Assembly (NCBI GenBank): GCA_951406725.2
Contig: OX597827.1
Span: forward strand, 78,244,001 to 78,308,000
Direction of reading: 5' to 3'
Source: Octopus vulgaris
Lineage: Eukaryota
DNA: 64,000 nt
Shown: in pieces, positions 12,195 through 24,304 of the stretch
Layout: each line of letters begins with the position of its first letter
How positions within the stretch are numbered: the stretch's first letter is position 1
Position numbers and translations under genes: made by a program
Notes under the pieces: generated by a model
Database searches by the model: none
Told to the model about the DNA's origin: nothing
What the model saw: only the letters and a program-made list of their open reading frames with translations

Positions 12195-12430
12195 ATACTA
12201 CAAAATTAGAAAATGGAGAAACATACTTAAATCAATCAAACATCAACCAACAGATGATACCCAATCAATACTTTATTACACCATTACAAAACAGTAAAGG
12301 CATTATACAAAATATATTGTAAATATAATTAGACAAGGAAATAGAAATATAAAATATAATATGTAATTATATCATATCTGACAGCTGTTTCGGCAGTAAG
12401 GGCAATCATGCCTCATTTAGATAGATAGAT
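12195..12430 (-). mobile_element. Penelope-type terminal-repeat remnant with disrupted hammerhead
   Basis: Minus strand: TATCT-AAATGAG-GCA..TGC-C-GAAACAGCTGTC-AGATA, then AATAAA (12277-12272) and the same CTCCATTTTCT end as 6791-7013. Confidence 0.6.
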
Positions 12431-12671
12431 AGATAGAAAGATATAAAGCGCAATTTATTTATGATCAGAAGCATTCGTAAACAGAGGTACTACTGTATTA
12501 AATGAATATGAGAAAGACAGGAGATAAAGTATGATTCATTCGTGATCTGAGTTGTTCAAAAACTGAGGTTCTACTGTATTTGTGTTATTTTAAAGAGTAT
12601 CTCTAATGGCCACATCTAATCATCCAAATCACTGAATTATATTTATTCCACTCTGTTCAACTGAAGACTCC

Positions 12672-12906
12672 CTAAGTGTTTCTCAATGACTTTTTACCTG
12701 TGGACCCCTTTCATTCCCACTTTACCCGTGTTTAAAAAAATCCTTTCATATTTTTATAATTAAATATTATTAGGAAGTGTATAAAAAAAAGTCATTAAAA
12801 TATTTTGTGTATTGAAGAAGTATAACCAATTTATTGCAGATAAATTTTAAAAACAAAATCTTACGTGACCCCAAAAGGGTCATCTGGACCCTGGTTGAGA
12901 ACATTT
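12672..12906. mobile_element. hAT-like MITE remnant
   Basis: Imperfect termini AAGTGTTTCTCAA ... TTGAGAACATTT with GGACCCC subterminal motifs. Confidence 0.55.
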
Positions 12907-13059
12907 GCCTCACAGCAATGATTGTCAACCAGGAGCCACATGGCCCTAGGGGCTGGCATGCTATATTTTTAGAAGACTTATTTAGACTTGGGCCTCTTCT
13001 GAGCCCTAAGACTAGAGGCTGGACCTCAACCTGATTTCCATAGCATATGATTGAGATTA

Positions 13060-13265
13060 CAACATTCCCCACTGGATGGGATGCCAGTCATTCACAGGGT
13101 TATCTTTCCAACTATTGCTGGAACTCATTTATAGCTGAGTGGACTGGAGTGACATGAAATGAAGTATTTTGCTCAAGAACACAATGCCCCACAATGGCCT
13201 TGGAATCGAAACCACGATCTTACGTCCATGATTTCAACATCCAAACCACAACACCAAATGCCTGT
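13060..13265 (-). mobile_element. tRNA-derived CORE-like SINE family F (degenerate)
   Basis: Reverse match to 30087-30215 (CAGCTGAGTGGACTGGAG...TTGCTCAAGAACACAATG). Further minus copies at about 49080-49325 and 60140-60336. Confidence 0.8.
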
Positions 13266-13629
13266 GGAGAAGCAATGTGGAAAAACACTGGACATATGGC
13301 AGCCTCAGAAGCTTATAAGGACAACCACTCACAAATTTAACTGACAGACTAATTAATCACTTTTGTCATTTTTCATTCTTTATATAAACAGCATAAATAT
13401 TGGTTTCACATTTTGGCACAAGGCCAGCAATTTCGAGGGAGAGATAACTCAATTACATAGACCCCAGGGCTCAGCTGGTCCTTATTTTATCAACCTTGAA
13501 AGGATGGAAGGAGGCAAAGTCAACCTCAGCAGAACTCAAACTCAAAACAAAAGCAGATAAAATGCTAAGCAGTTTGCTTGGTATGCTAACCATTCTGCCA
13601 GAAACAATAATATTTTATCAATTCTAACT

Positions 13630-13843
13630 AAGGCAGCGAGCTGGCAGAAATGTTAGCACGTTGGGCGAAATGCTTAGCGGTATTTCGTCTGTCTTTATGT
13701 TCTGAGTTCAAATTCCGCCGAGGTCTACTTTGCCTTTCATCCTTTCGGGGTCGATAAATTATGTACCAGTTGCCTACTGTGGTTGATCTAATCGACTGGC
13801 CCCCTCTCCCAAAATTTCGGGCCTTGTGTCTAGAGTAGAAAAG
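13630..13843 (+). mobile_element. tRNA-derived SINE family B
   Basis: AAGGCAGCGAGCTGGCAGAAA head, B box GAGTTCAAATTCC, TTTGCCTTTCATCCTTTCGGGGTCGATAAA body, imperfect target-site duplication. Older copies at about 4050-4360, 4996-5160, 13400-13600, 15570-15695, 16560-17000, 36505-36720 and 44425-44810. Confidence 0.92.
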
Positions 13844-16800
13844 AATATTTGATCTATTCTATGAAGATATTTGACATCAACATCTCCAACACCAAAACAG
13901 TGCAACACTTCATGTCAGAACTTCCATTTCATCAAAGTAGTTGGTGGGGCTAAAACAGAGAAAGGATGGGTAGCAGTGATGGTTTTTTTATTGTTTCAGG
14001 GTCTTCAGAAACCAGTGAAAGTTATTCTGAAACCAGGGTCCTGGCCTTAATGCTTGCAAGAAGAGTGATTCCTGCTGAGGACACTCAAGGACCAGATGGT
14101 GGGATTAAACCAGATGATAGATTAGTCCAACAGTCAGGGACCACGGGGTAGAGTGAAGCCAGATGACAGATTAATCTACCAACCAGGAACCAGGCGGTGG
14201 GGATAACCCACCCAACAACTCAGAATGTCAGAACAAACACCACAAGGCACTTTGTCCAAAGCTCTAAGAATTTCACCAGCCCACTCCCCTGGAATGGTAT
14301 CAAAAATGATGAAAGACTTTAGTGGGATCTGAACACAAGAAGCTGACAATTACAACGAAGACGACCAGAAGAGAAGATTTGATCGCAGCCAGGTATTAAA
14401 CACTTTCTAGATATTAAAAGCACCTCCTTATAATTCTCACACTGAGTAATGTGTGTGAATGTTAAGAAAGTTTTATTTTTTATAGAAATAGCTGTGTGAT
14501 ATGATACATATATATAATACAAAACCACATTCAATACACAAATCCAAAACCAAGAGAAGAAAAGGGACAAGGAATAACACAACAATTCAATACCAAGTTC
14601 CCCAGTTGGTTGCACATGGCAAGGTTCAATGAACCCTATTGAGTTTATGGCCGTATTTGCAAGGACCGGCCGGTTTATAAGCCATGAAAAACTCCCATAG
14701 TAGTACAAAGTTTAGCAAAATATGTCGCCGTATAATTATCAAAGTTTATCATCACTAACATTTCAGCCCAAGAACATTTAGGGTAATTAAATAGAAGTAA
14801 CAAGATATGGACAAAGCAAAGAGAGAGTGGCTGCGGCGACCAACAGTCGAAACGTGGGGAGTGAAAGAGTTGAGGATAAATACTTATCTAAAGTCCTATG
14901 TTTGCATTCAAAGAGAGGAGATTTATTGGAATAACAGAAACAAAAGGAGGAAGGAAGTTATTTAAGTGGAGTCATTTAAATAAATATTGCGTTGGATTAA
15001 CAGAATAGAAATTAAGAACAATAAGGAACTGTTTACCTGGGAATCGGGAAACATGTGAGCGGTGTAAGCCAAATTATGTCACTTGTTAAAATAATATCCT
15101 CAACAGATATTCACTTAATGGGAGAAATTTTATTTTATTTTTATTTTCATAAAAAAGACGTTTAAACTGTTTGCAAATAATAGTTTTCGATTGAAACTGA
15201 ATAGATCCTTTATTGTTTATATAAATAATTTTTCTTATTGGGGTTGATTGAATTTTTTTTTCCTGTCGATTAATTTCATGCCTACAAAACTTTCAACAAT
15301 TAACTGGATTCTACAAGAACAGATGCATTCGATCATTATCTTGCAGAGAGGCATGACCACCACACTAATACACTTAGGATTCAAACTCTTGCTGCTTGTT
15401 TTTATTCTGGATGACAGAATTGTTTGAGTAACAACGGAGAATGCCTCGATAGTTTGTCGAGTTTCTGAGAAACCAAGTATTCGGGTAGATCTGGTTGGTT
15501 ATACCTTTTTCCTTGATATTCGTGTACATGTGTTTATTCTAAAAATAATAATTATTAACTCAAACACATTAAGGCGGCGAGCTGACGAAGTGCTTAGCGG
15601 TATTTCGCCCGTCGCTACGTTACTAGTTCAAATTCCGCCGAGGTCAACTTTGCCATTCATCCGTTCGGGAACGATAGAATAAGCACCAGTTGAACCATTC
15701 ACGAGGTCATATATCCCTGAAAGTTTCATCCGAATCTTGTCCATGGACAAAAAAATAACAAACAAACACGACTGAAAACAATACCCCCGCTTTAGCGAAG
15801 GCGGGGGTAATAACAATGATAAACACTATGTAGGGGGTAACTAGACTTTTGGACCACCCTGTAGTGTCGATAAAATAAATGCCACAGTTAAAACTGTCTG
15901 TATCGATTTATTTTTCTATAATCCATTGTAGACATGAATGGGATTTTGAATACAAGGGGGGTGTTTCAGCTGGAATCATTTCTCTTTATTTGTCGCTGAC
16001 GCTTTCTTTTTTTCACTAAACATAGACATCACACCCAAAACTCTGCACCATGACTATCAATGTTACAGCGACACACTGTCTATTATACGTTTATAATTTA
16101 ACATGACATCTTTTTCTTGTGGCGTGTCACACGAGGAAGGTCAGTATCTGTGACATCTGGAACTGGGAGGCAGACAACAGACTACAGCTTGGAAATTATC
16201 CTTGAACTGGAGACATGTTCTGTAGGTTTACAAAGATGAAACTCTACCAAAGTCAGCCAAGAGCCAGACGAGCGTGTTAGACAGGGCGACGGCTTAACGC
16301 CAGATTCCTAACCAAACTGATGTTGTTGCTTCGCCTTAATTCGGCTCTTATGAAAACTTATGATCAATCACAGACCTTCTACCTTGTAAATGGTACTAGA
16401 ACCTCATTATACAATACTAGCTTTTTTCCTTAAAAGAATAAAATAAAGCTGTGTGTAATTTAACAGAAATTACTTGCTATTTGTAGCAGTTAGTGAGAGC
16501 ACTGATGGTTGGTTAAGTCCTTGCAGGATAAGAGAGTTGATGGCACTTTGGACAATAATGTGGGCTTCAAATTTTGGTACAAAGCCAGCAATTCTGAGGG
16601 AAGAGGGAAAGTCGATTACATCGACTACAGTGCTCAACAACTAGTTCTTTATTTTGTCAATCCTGAAAGGATGGAAGGTAAAGTTGACTTTGGTGGAATC
16701 TGAACTTAGACCGTAACGAGTCAAAAGAGATCTATGCATTTTGTCCGACGCGCTAACGATTGTATTGGCTTGCCGCCTTAGACAATAATAATTCTTTCTC

Positions 16801-18029
16801 ATTTGTGGCACAAGGCCAGCAGATCCGATTGAAAGAGCAGGTCGATTACATTGACTCCAATACTTGACTGGTACTTCATTTTATCGACCCCGGAAGGGTG
16901 AAAAGAAGTCTACTTTGACGGTATTTGAACTTAAAACGTCAAGAAAGTCGAGATCCAAAACAAGTCCTATATAGTATTTGTCAGGCGCTCAAACGATTCT
17001 AGAAGAATAAATACTTAATAGTTCTTCAATGGAATTTAATTTACTTAGAAGAAAGATCGAGTCAATCTCAACTCGATTTAGACTCACAAGAATTACCTCT
17101 CCTTGGTTTTATATTTTAAAACTCCCTTAAAGGAAGGTTTTGTCTACAAATTACTTGAAAACATCGCAGTTGAACCAAAGTATTCAACTCACGATTTAAC
17201 GTATGTCAGACTATACCATCAATATATGTATTTTGCATGTAAGAACGCTCACTTAAAGATTTCTCTTTCGGCATAATGTCCACTGTTACCATTTCATGGT
17301 CTTCATATTTCTTAAAGAGAATTCACTCAACTGAATGACTTACTCCTAACTTAAACTGAGCATTTCGCGCAGATTACAAAAATCCGTGGGTAGAAATCAA
17401 CGTGATGCTGAGTACTATTGGAATTGCAGGAGCAGTCCACCCGACGGCCTTTTATACAGCTTCCGTCTCTCCAATTTCACTCACAGGACATGGGTCAAAT
17501 CCAAGGCTATAGAAAATGACATCTGCCCAAGTTGTCACGCAGTGGAATCGAACTCGAGATCTCGTTGTTGCGGAGCCAACGTCTTAACTGTTTGGACATA
17601 CTAAATCTTACTCCAAAATAGTAAAAAATAAAATAAAAGATGCCACATCTTTTTCTTAATTTAATTCAATGTCATAATGTCGTGGGACACACACACACAC
17701 ACTGAAACGAAATTGAGTCTGGGGAGTATATAATGAAATTATAATGGATGTCTTCCAGAAATTTCGTTGAATTTATCCCTTGTGACTGCTTAGCTGTTTA
17801 CGGAATCATAGTTTTTGTTTTAACTTTAAAATAATATATGATGAGACATGTTTTATGAAAAAACTGTCCGAATTGAGCGTTAATGAAATAATATTTCACC
17901 ATAAACATTCCTAAAGCAAAAACAATACAGGATTATCGACCGACTGAAATATAATGGCTAAGTGTTTAGAAGAGAGAAATCCAATCTGTGTATATATTAG
18001 CATATTTTCTCGGTCTGTCTATTGTATTT

Positions 18030-18230
18030 GTTGGCATGAGTCATCGCAAGGAAGAAAGAGAAGCTAGTTAATTAAAATCGAAAATGGCTGCCGTGCTTGT
18101 TACCATCAACGTGACCTCATATACATGTCCCTTATCATTGGCTAATTTTGATGATGTCATTAGTTTCGAGAATGCTGATTGGCTGCAAGATAATCACACT
18201 TGAAAACCAGTAGATAAAGCTGACGTCTAT
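18030..18230. promoter_or_regulatory. Motif-dense promoter-like region (AP-1, YY1, RFX-like, CRE-like, two CCAAT boxes)
   Basis: TGAGTCA 18037-18043; AAAATGGCTGCC 18081-18092; GTTACCATCAAC 18099-18110; TGACCTCA 18112-18119; ATTGG 18137-18141; TGATGTCA 18152-18159; CTGATTGGCT 18175-18184; TGACGTC 18221-18227. Confidence 0.65.
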
Positions 18231-18611
18231 GTGATTAAAAATATGTTGATTTATTAAAATCTGTGCTTGTAATTAATTAAGATTTAGTTAAGTATTCAGA
18301 CAACAGCTCCTTTCTCCTCTCTGTCCTCTTCCTTTTTCGTTCCTGGTTAATTAAGTACACTAAAATAATGACAATCAGCCATGTTGGTATTTTTTTGAAG
18401 CAGTTTCTAAAAGATTATTTCACAGGGAAAAAGAAATTAAGAGAAATTCTCTATTTTATTCAAAATGGTTTTTCCCCCCCTTTCTTTACTTCGCTAATGA
18501 TTTCTTCATTAGGCAAGTAGCTTCAGGCAGTTGTGAGTGACTTGGAACTAAAGCTTTGGCAGTTAACTCTAGCAGAGGAATAGATGGAAAGCTCACATCC
18601 AAGAATCCAAA

Positions 18612-19011
18612 CTTCTTCTTTTCTTTTTCTCCTTCTTTTCTTCTTCTTCTTCTCCTTCTTATTCTTCTTCTTCTTTTTCTCCTTCTCTTTATTCTTCTTC
18701 CCCTTCTCCTTCTTCTTCTTCTCTTTCTCCTTCTTCTTATTCTTCTCTTTCTCCTTCTTCTTATTCTTCTCTTTCTCTTTCTTCTTCTTCCTTCTTCTTC
18801 TTCACCTTCCTCCTCCTTCTTCTTCTTCTTCTTCTTCTTTCTTCTTCTTCTTCTTCTTCTTCTTCTTCTTCTCCTCCTCCTCCTCCTCCTCCTCCTTCTT
18901 CTTCTTCTTCTTCTTCTTCTTCTTCTTCTTCTTCTTCTTCTTCTTCTTCTTCTTCTTCTTCTTCTTCTTCTTCTTCTTCTTTTTCTTCTTCTTCTTCTCC
19001 TCCTTCTTCTT
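18612..19011. repeat. (CTT)n/(CTC)n polypyrimidine microsatellite, about 400 bp
   Basis: Nearly pure pyrimidine strand; explains the poly-L/F/K ORFs. Confidence 0.98.
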
Positions 19012-19660
19012 CACAAGGCTATTGAACTTGCCTGATAATTAATTGTCTGGTGCAGCCTGAGGCTGGATGGTGATAACGATGGGAAGGGATTAATTATTTC
19101 GCATTCTCCAAGGTTAGGCTGACTATAATCTCATGGAGGCAAGTGATGGAAAATTCTCAACGCTTTTGTTTTAATCTATTCCTGATGATGGATGGCAGCC
19201 CTGCTGCTTAACGGTTTTGTTGCAAGATTTCTCTTGAAATACCGTCTTTGTTTCAATCAATTATGAAAATAATGAAGAATTTAGCAAAATAACATGGTTA
19301 TTATTAAGCTGGTGTTTAGAGCATAAATTAACATGAAATTTTGAAAGGCTTTGTTTTAACCCTTTTGTTTGCATATTTCTGTTGAGATACACAGTTTTTC
19401 TCTCACTTAATTCCAATTTATTTCCTGTTAATTTATGTTCCAATCACCAGCCTTAATAAGGAAGAATTTTGCAAAATAAATTTGTCATTTGGAACAAATT
19501 ACCATGAAATTTTGAAGGGAGGTTTTAATTTAAGATTACATTAAAGAGAAAATTACTATTTTAGATCTAGGGGTAATCTTGTGTTTGGGTATCAAAAAAG
19601 TAAGGGTGGAAGACATTTAAGGGAAAACTTAGATTCCCCTTAAATAAAATAGTAGTTTGT

Positions 19661-19894
19661 TATTTCTTTATTGCCCACTAGGGGCTAAACATAGAGAGGA
19701 TTAACAAGGGCAGACAAAGGGATTAAGTCGATTACATTGACCCCAGTGCGTAACTGGTATTTAATTTAGCAACCCCCGAAAGAATGAAAGGCAAAGTTGA
19801 CCTTGACAGAATTTGAACTCAGAACGTAACAGCTGACAAAATACAGCTAAGCATTTCACCCGGTGCGCTAATGTTTCTGCCAGCTCACCGCCTT
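19661..19894 (-). mobile_element. SINE family B with target-site duplication
   Basis: Reverse family B sequence flanked by duplicated ATAAAATAGTAGTTTGT. Confidence 0.93.
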
Positions 19895-20316
19895 ATAAAA
19901 TAGTAGTTTGTGCCAATAAAAGAGCTTCTATGTTGCAGCTCAACCTGCTAGAAGCAAGAGTTAAATCTCCCTCAGTTTACTCCTTACCATATTAGATGGT
20001 ACAATAAACTACTCCCTACCAATGTAGATGGTACGTTAGATAATGTAGACTGGCACACAATATATCTGAAAGGTAAAATGGATGTAATAGTCATGGCTGG
20101 ACTCCTTTAATAATAAGTCTATGTGATCAGAAGTGATTTGAAATAAAAGAACAGTTGTATTAGGCATCAACCAACAACTTTAAAATTATGTCTTTCCTCT
20201 GTTGTACACACACACACACACACACATGTACCATCATAAGTACTCAAGCAGAGATATTATTGAGAAAGACTCTAAATGTTCCAAGGCAGGGCAGGATTAA
20301 AACCCATGAAGGCCCT

Positions 20317-20482
20317 CAGGGTTGGCTCAAAGTACCGGCAATTCAGGCAGTTACCCAGGGCGCCATGTGCTAGAGGGCACTAAGGAGGGCATGACAAAGA
20401 CAAGGAAATTTCCGCAATCCTCAGCCTGTACACGCCAAAGTTCAGCTTGCCCGGGGCACCAGGAACCCTATGGCTGGCTCTG
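20317..20482. mobile_element. hAT-like MITE nested in another element
   Basis: Termini CAGGGTTGGC / GCTGGCTCTG with perfect 8-bp duplication AAGGCCCT (20309-20316 and 20483-20490). Confidence 0.8.
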
Positions 20483-20774
20483 AAGGCCCTAAGCACATCA
20501 AAGATTTTGGTACCTCCCTATATATGTAATTCAAACTATAAACAATAAAGAACCATAAAATAATTTTTCGTTTTTCAATATGAAACAAAACTAACAGTAA
20601 GATGGAAAATAATGTTTATATTTGTATCCTCCCACTTTTATTTATATTTGCAAAGTTTTCTCCTAGTTTATTTTAATTGCAAAATCTTTAATCAGATCCT
20701 CACCATGACACCATGAACACTAAAAAATTATATTTCTAATCATATAAACTACTTTGAATATTATTTTAGCAAGT

Positions 20775-21014
20775 TTAATCCATTAGTATTTAATCCGGCC
20801 ACAACCAGCCCAAATATTCTGTGTCGTAGCTGACCAGATTCAACCTATCACACCCACCCTACAATGTCATTCTAAAAATATACAAACACACCATTGAAAT
20901 CTTGAAACTACAAAATTATGTGTAATTAGTTTAAAATTATGTGTAATTAGTTTTAAATTATGTGGATAAATAAACATAACATTTACCTGAATAATCTGAA
21001 TGCTGAAGGGTTAA
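20775..21014. mobile_element. piggyBac-like MITE (second family)
   Basis: TTAA-TCCATTAGTATTTA ... TGAATGCTGAAGGG-TTAA. Confidence 0.65.
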
Positions 21015-21780
21015 AGTGAATTCTTTTGTGCCATAAACCATTTACCACTTCTGTGGTTCCTTGCTTCTCTTGATCCCCCAAGAACATGCTTATTTTTGCT
21101 TAATGGTTTATCCAGCACTACACCTGGAGGAATATTCAGTGATTGGGATTAAGCAAAGTCAGAAGCGTTAGCAGGAACCAACAGCATTGTAGCAGAGCTT
21201 CTTTAGAACTTAACAAGAAAGAGACACACTCTGGACCAGGCTGTATTTAACTTTTTTGATGCCAACCCACCTGAGGCCATCCCTGCTTTACTGGTATAAG
21301 CTTCTTGTTTTAAAGTGAACAGAATTCAAATCCTCCACTAGAATTTCATGCTATGTTCCAAATAGCAGCTTAATAATGACAAAGTTAAATAACGGACAGA
21401 GTTTTGACTATTGAAAAAGTTGCAAGATGCAACGAAAATTTTAGGAAAATAAAAATAAGAAATAAGTGGAAATTTTACCGATGAGTGTGTTAAATTATAA
21501 GGCACAAAAAGAAAATGACTCTACCCGGACTCAGCAGAATATGCTTCAACATACAAACTCATATAAAAAATCTTGCAAACCAAATCCAAAAACGAAATAT
21601 TTTAAATAAATTCTTCGTTATTTACAAAATTAATTGAAACAAAGGCAGCAGTGTATGTCAACAGAAACATGGCAGAAATTTGAGATTCTGAGTTGGCTTT
21701 AACAAGAGAGAAAAGATTAAATAATTCTTGGGCTGACGTTGCAGAATGCAAAAATGAAATATTTGGGTGACAGAATATAT

Positions 21781-22189
21781 TTGTTTCTTTATTGCCCACA
21801 GGGGCCTAAACATAGAGAGGACAAACAAAGGGATTAAGTCGATTACATCGACCCCAGTGTGTGACTGGTACTTATTTAATCGACTCTCCGAAAGGATGAA
21901 AGGCAAAGTCGACCTTGGTGGAATTTGAACTCAGAACATAATGGCAGACAAAATACCTATTTCTTTATTACCCACAAGGGGCTAAACACAGAGGGGACAA
22001 ACAAGGACAGACATAGGTATTAAGTCGATTATATCAACCCCAGTGCATAACTGGTACATTTAATCAACCTCGAAAGGATGAAAGGCAAAGTCGACCTCGG
22101 CGGAATTTGAACTCAGAACGTAACGGCAGACAAAATACCGTTAAGCATTTCATCCAGTGTGCTAACGTTTCTGCTAGCTCGCTGCCTTT
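21781..22189 (-). mobile_element. Dimeric SINE family B insertion
   Basis: One full copy plus a repeated 3' two-thirds, both inside one duplication GTGACAGAATATATT. Confidence 0.9.
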
Positions 22190-22258
22190 TGTGACAGAAT
22201 ATATTACAAGTTCAACTGTTGTTGAGGCAGAATTAATGAATAAAATGTACCTAAACTA

Positions 22259-22420
22259 GGCGCAGGAGTGGCTGTGTGGTAAGTAGCTTGTTTACTGACC
22301 ACATGGTTCCGGGTTCAGTCCCACTGCGTGGCGCCTTGGGCAAGTGTCTTCTACTATAGCCTCGGGCTGACCAATGCCTTGTGAGTGGATTTGGTAGACG
22401 GAAACTGAAAGAAGCCTTTC

Positions 22421-22464
<44 letters not shown>

Positions 22465-22680
22465 ATGTGTTTGTGTGTCTGTGTTTGTCCCCCCACCATC
22501 GGTTGACAACCGATGCTGGTGTGTTTATGTCCCCGTTACTTAGTGGTTCGGCAAAAGAGACTGATAGAATAAGTACTGGGCTTACAAAAGAATAAGTTCC
22601 GGGGTCGAGTTGCTCGATTAAAGGCAGTGCTCCAGCATGGCCGCAGTCAAATGACTGAAACAAGTAAAAGAATAAAAGAA
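22259..22680 (+). mobile_element. tRNA-derived SINE family A, full length
   Basis: A box TGGCTGTGTGG, B-like GGTTCAGTCCC, internal (TA)(TG) tract, CAGTCAAATGACTG hairpin, AAGAATAAAAGAA tail; TAAACTA duplication. Confidence 0.95.
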
Positions 22681-22959
22681 TAAACTACAGAAATTGATCA
22701 CCTTCTTCGAAAGGAATAAACAGAAATCCATAATCTGGTTTTCTGTTCTAGTTTAAGTGTTTGAACCTGACAAGAAACAGCAAAATCCTATTCCAAAGTT
22801 TATTCTTTCTATTACACTCCCCCACCACCACCACCAACACAAACTAACATTGCTATTGTTGTTGTGCCCTAGAATTAGTTTCGGCCCCTTAGGTATGTGA
22901 TCAAAAACATTCTAGCCATGACCAACCATTACATCATTTTTGTATATTAGAGACTACAC

Positions 22960-24304
22960 AGTGGAGGCGCATGGCCTAGTGGTTAGAGCAGAGTGGGGGC
23001 ACATGGCCTAGTGGTTAGAGCAGAGTGGGGGCACATGGCCTAGTGGTTAGAGCAGAGTGGGGGCACATGGCCTAGTGGTTAGAGCAGAGTGGGGGCACAT
23101 GGCCTAGTGGTTAGAGTAGAGTGGGGGCACATGACCTAGTGGTTAGAGCAGAGTGGGGGCACATGGCCTAGTGGTTAGAGCAGAGTGGGGGCACATGGCC
23201 TAGTGGTTAGAGCAGAGTAGGGGCACATGGCCTAGTGGTTAGAGCAGAGTGGGAGCACATGGCCTAGTGGTTAGAGCAGAGTGGGGGCACATGGCCTAGT
23301 GGTTAGAGCAGAGTGGGGGCACATGGCCTAGTGGTTAGAGCACAGTGGAGGCACATGGCCTAGTGGTTAGAGCAGAGTGGGGGCACATGGCCTAGTGGTT
23401 AGAGCAGAGTGGAGGCACATGGCCTAGTGGTTAGAGCAGAGTGGGGGCACATGGCCTAGTGGTTAGAGCACAGTGGGGGCACATGGCCTAGTGGTTAGAG
23501 CAGAGTGGGGGCACATGGCCTAGTGGTTAGAGCAGAGTGGAGGCACATGGCCTAGTGGTTAGAGCACAGTGGGGGCACATGGCCTAGTGGTTAGAGCAGA
23601 GTGGAGGCACATGGCCTAGTGGTTAGAGCAGAGTGGGGGCACATGGCCTAGTGGTTAGAGCACAGTGGGGGCACATGGCCTAGTGGTTAGAGCAGAGTGG
23701 GGTCACATGGCCTAGTGGTTAGAGCAGAGTGGAGGCACATGGCCTAGTGGTTAGAGCAGAGTGGGGGCACATGGCCTAGTGGTTAGAGCAGAGTGGGGGC
23801 ACATGGCCTAGTGGTTAGAGCAGAGTGGGGGCACATGGCCTAGTGGTTAGAGCAGAGTGGAGGCACATGGCCTAGTGGTTAGAGCAGAGTGGAGGCACAT
23901 GGCCTAGTGGTTAGAGCACAGTGGGGGCACATGGCCTAGTGGTTAGAGCAGAGTGGGGGCACATGGCCTAGTGGTTAGAGCACAGTGGAGGCACATGGCC
24001 TAGTGGTTAGAGCACAGTGGGGGCACATGGCCTAGTGGTTAGAGCAGAGTGGAGGCACATGGCCTAGTGGTTAGAGCAGAGTGGGGGCACATGGCCTAGT
24101 GGTTAGAGCAGAGTGGAGGCACATGGCCTAGTGGTTAGAGCAGAGTGGGGTCACATGGCCTAGTGGTTAGAGCAGAGTGGGGGCACATGGCCTAGTGGTT
24201 AGAGCAGAGTGGAGGCACATGGCCTAGTGGTTAGAGCAGAGTGGGGGCACATGGCCTAGTGGTTAGAGCAGAGTGGAGGCACATGGCCTAGTGGTTAGAG
24301 CAGC
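22960..24304 (+). repeat. 32-bp minisatellite (about 42 units) made of a SINE 5' head
   Basis: Unit (G/C)AGTGG(G/A)GGCACATGGCCTAGTGGTTAGAGCA, continuous with the SINE body at 24305. Confidence 0.98.

Larger units (their letters stand above)
11692..12576. mobile_element. pogo/Tigger-like MITE containing nested insertions
   Basis: TA-CAGTAGTGCCTTGGTTTTCGAAC ... GTTCAAAAACTGAGGTTCTACTG-TA; a second right end near 12475-12497. Confidence 0.7.

Noticed and set aside
18556-19042. Poly-Leu, poly-Phe and poly-Lys ORFs
   Set aside because: Products of the (CTT)n tract.
22960-24304. CRISPR array or tRNA gene cluster
   Set aside because: Units are contiguous with no unique spacers, there are no cas genes, and each unit holds only the A-box part of a tRNA-like head.
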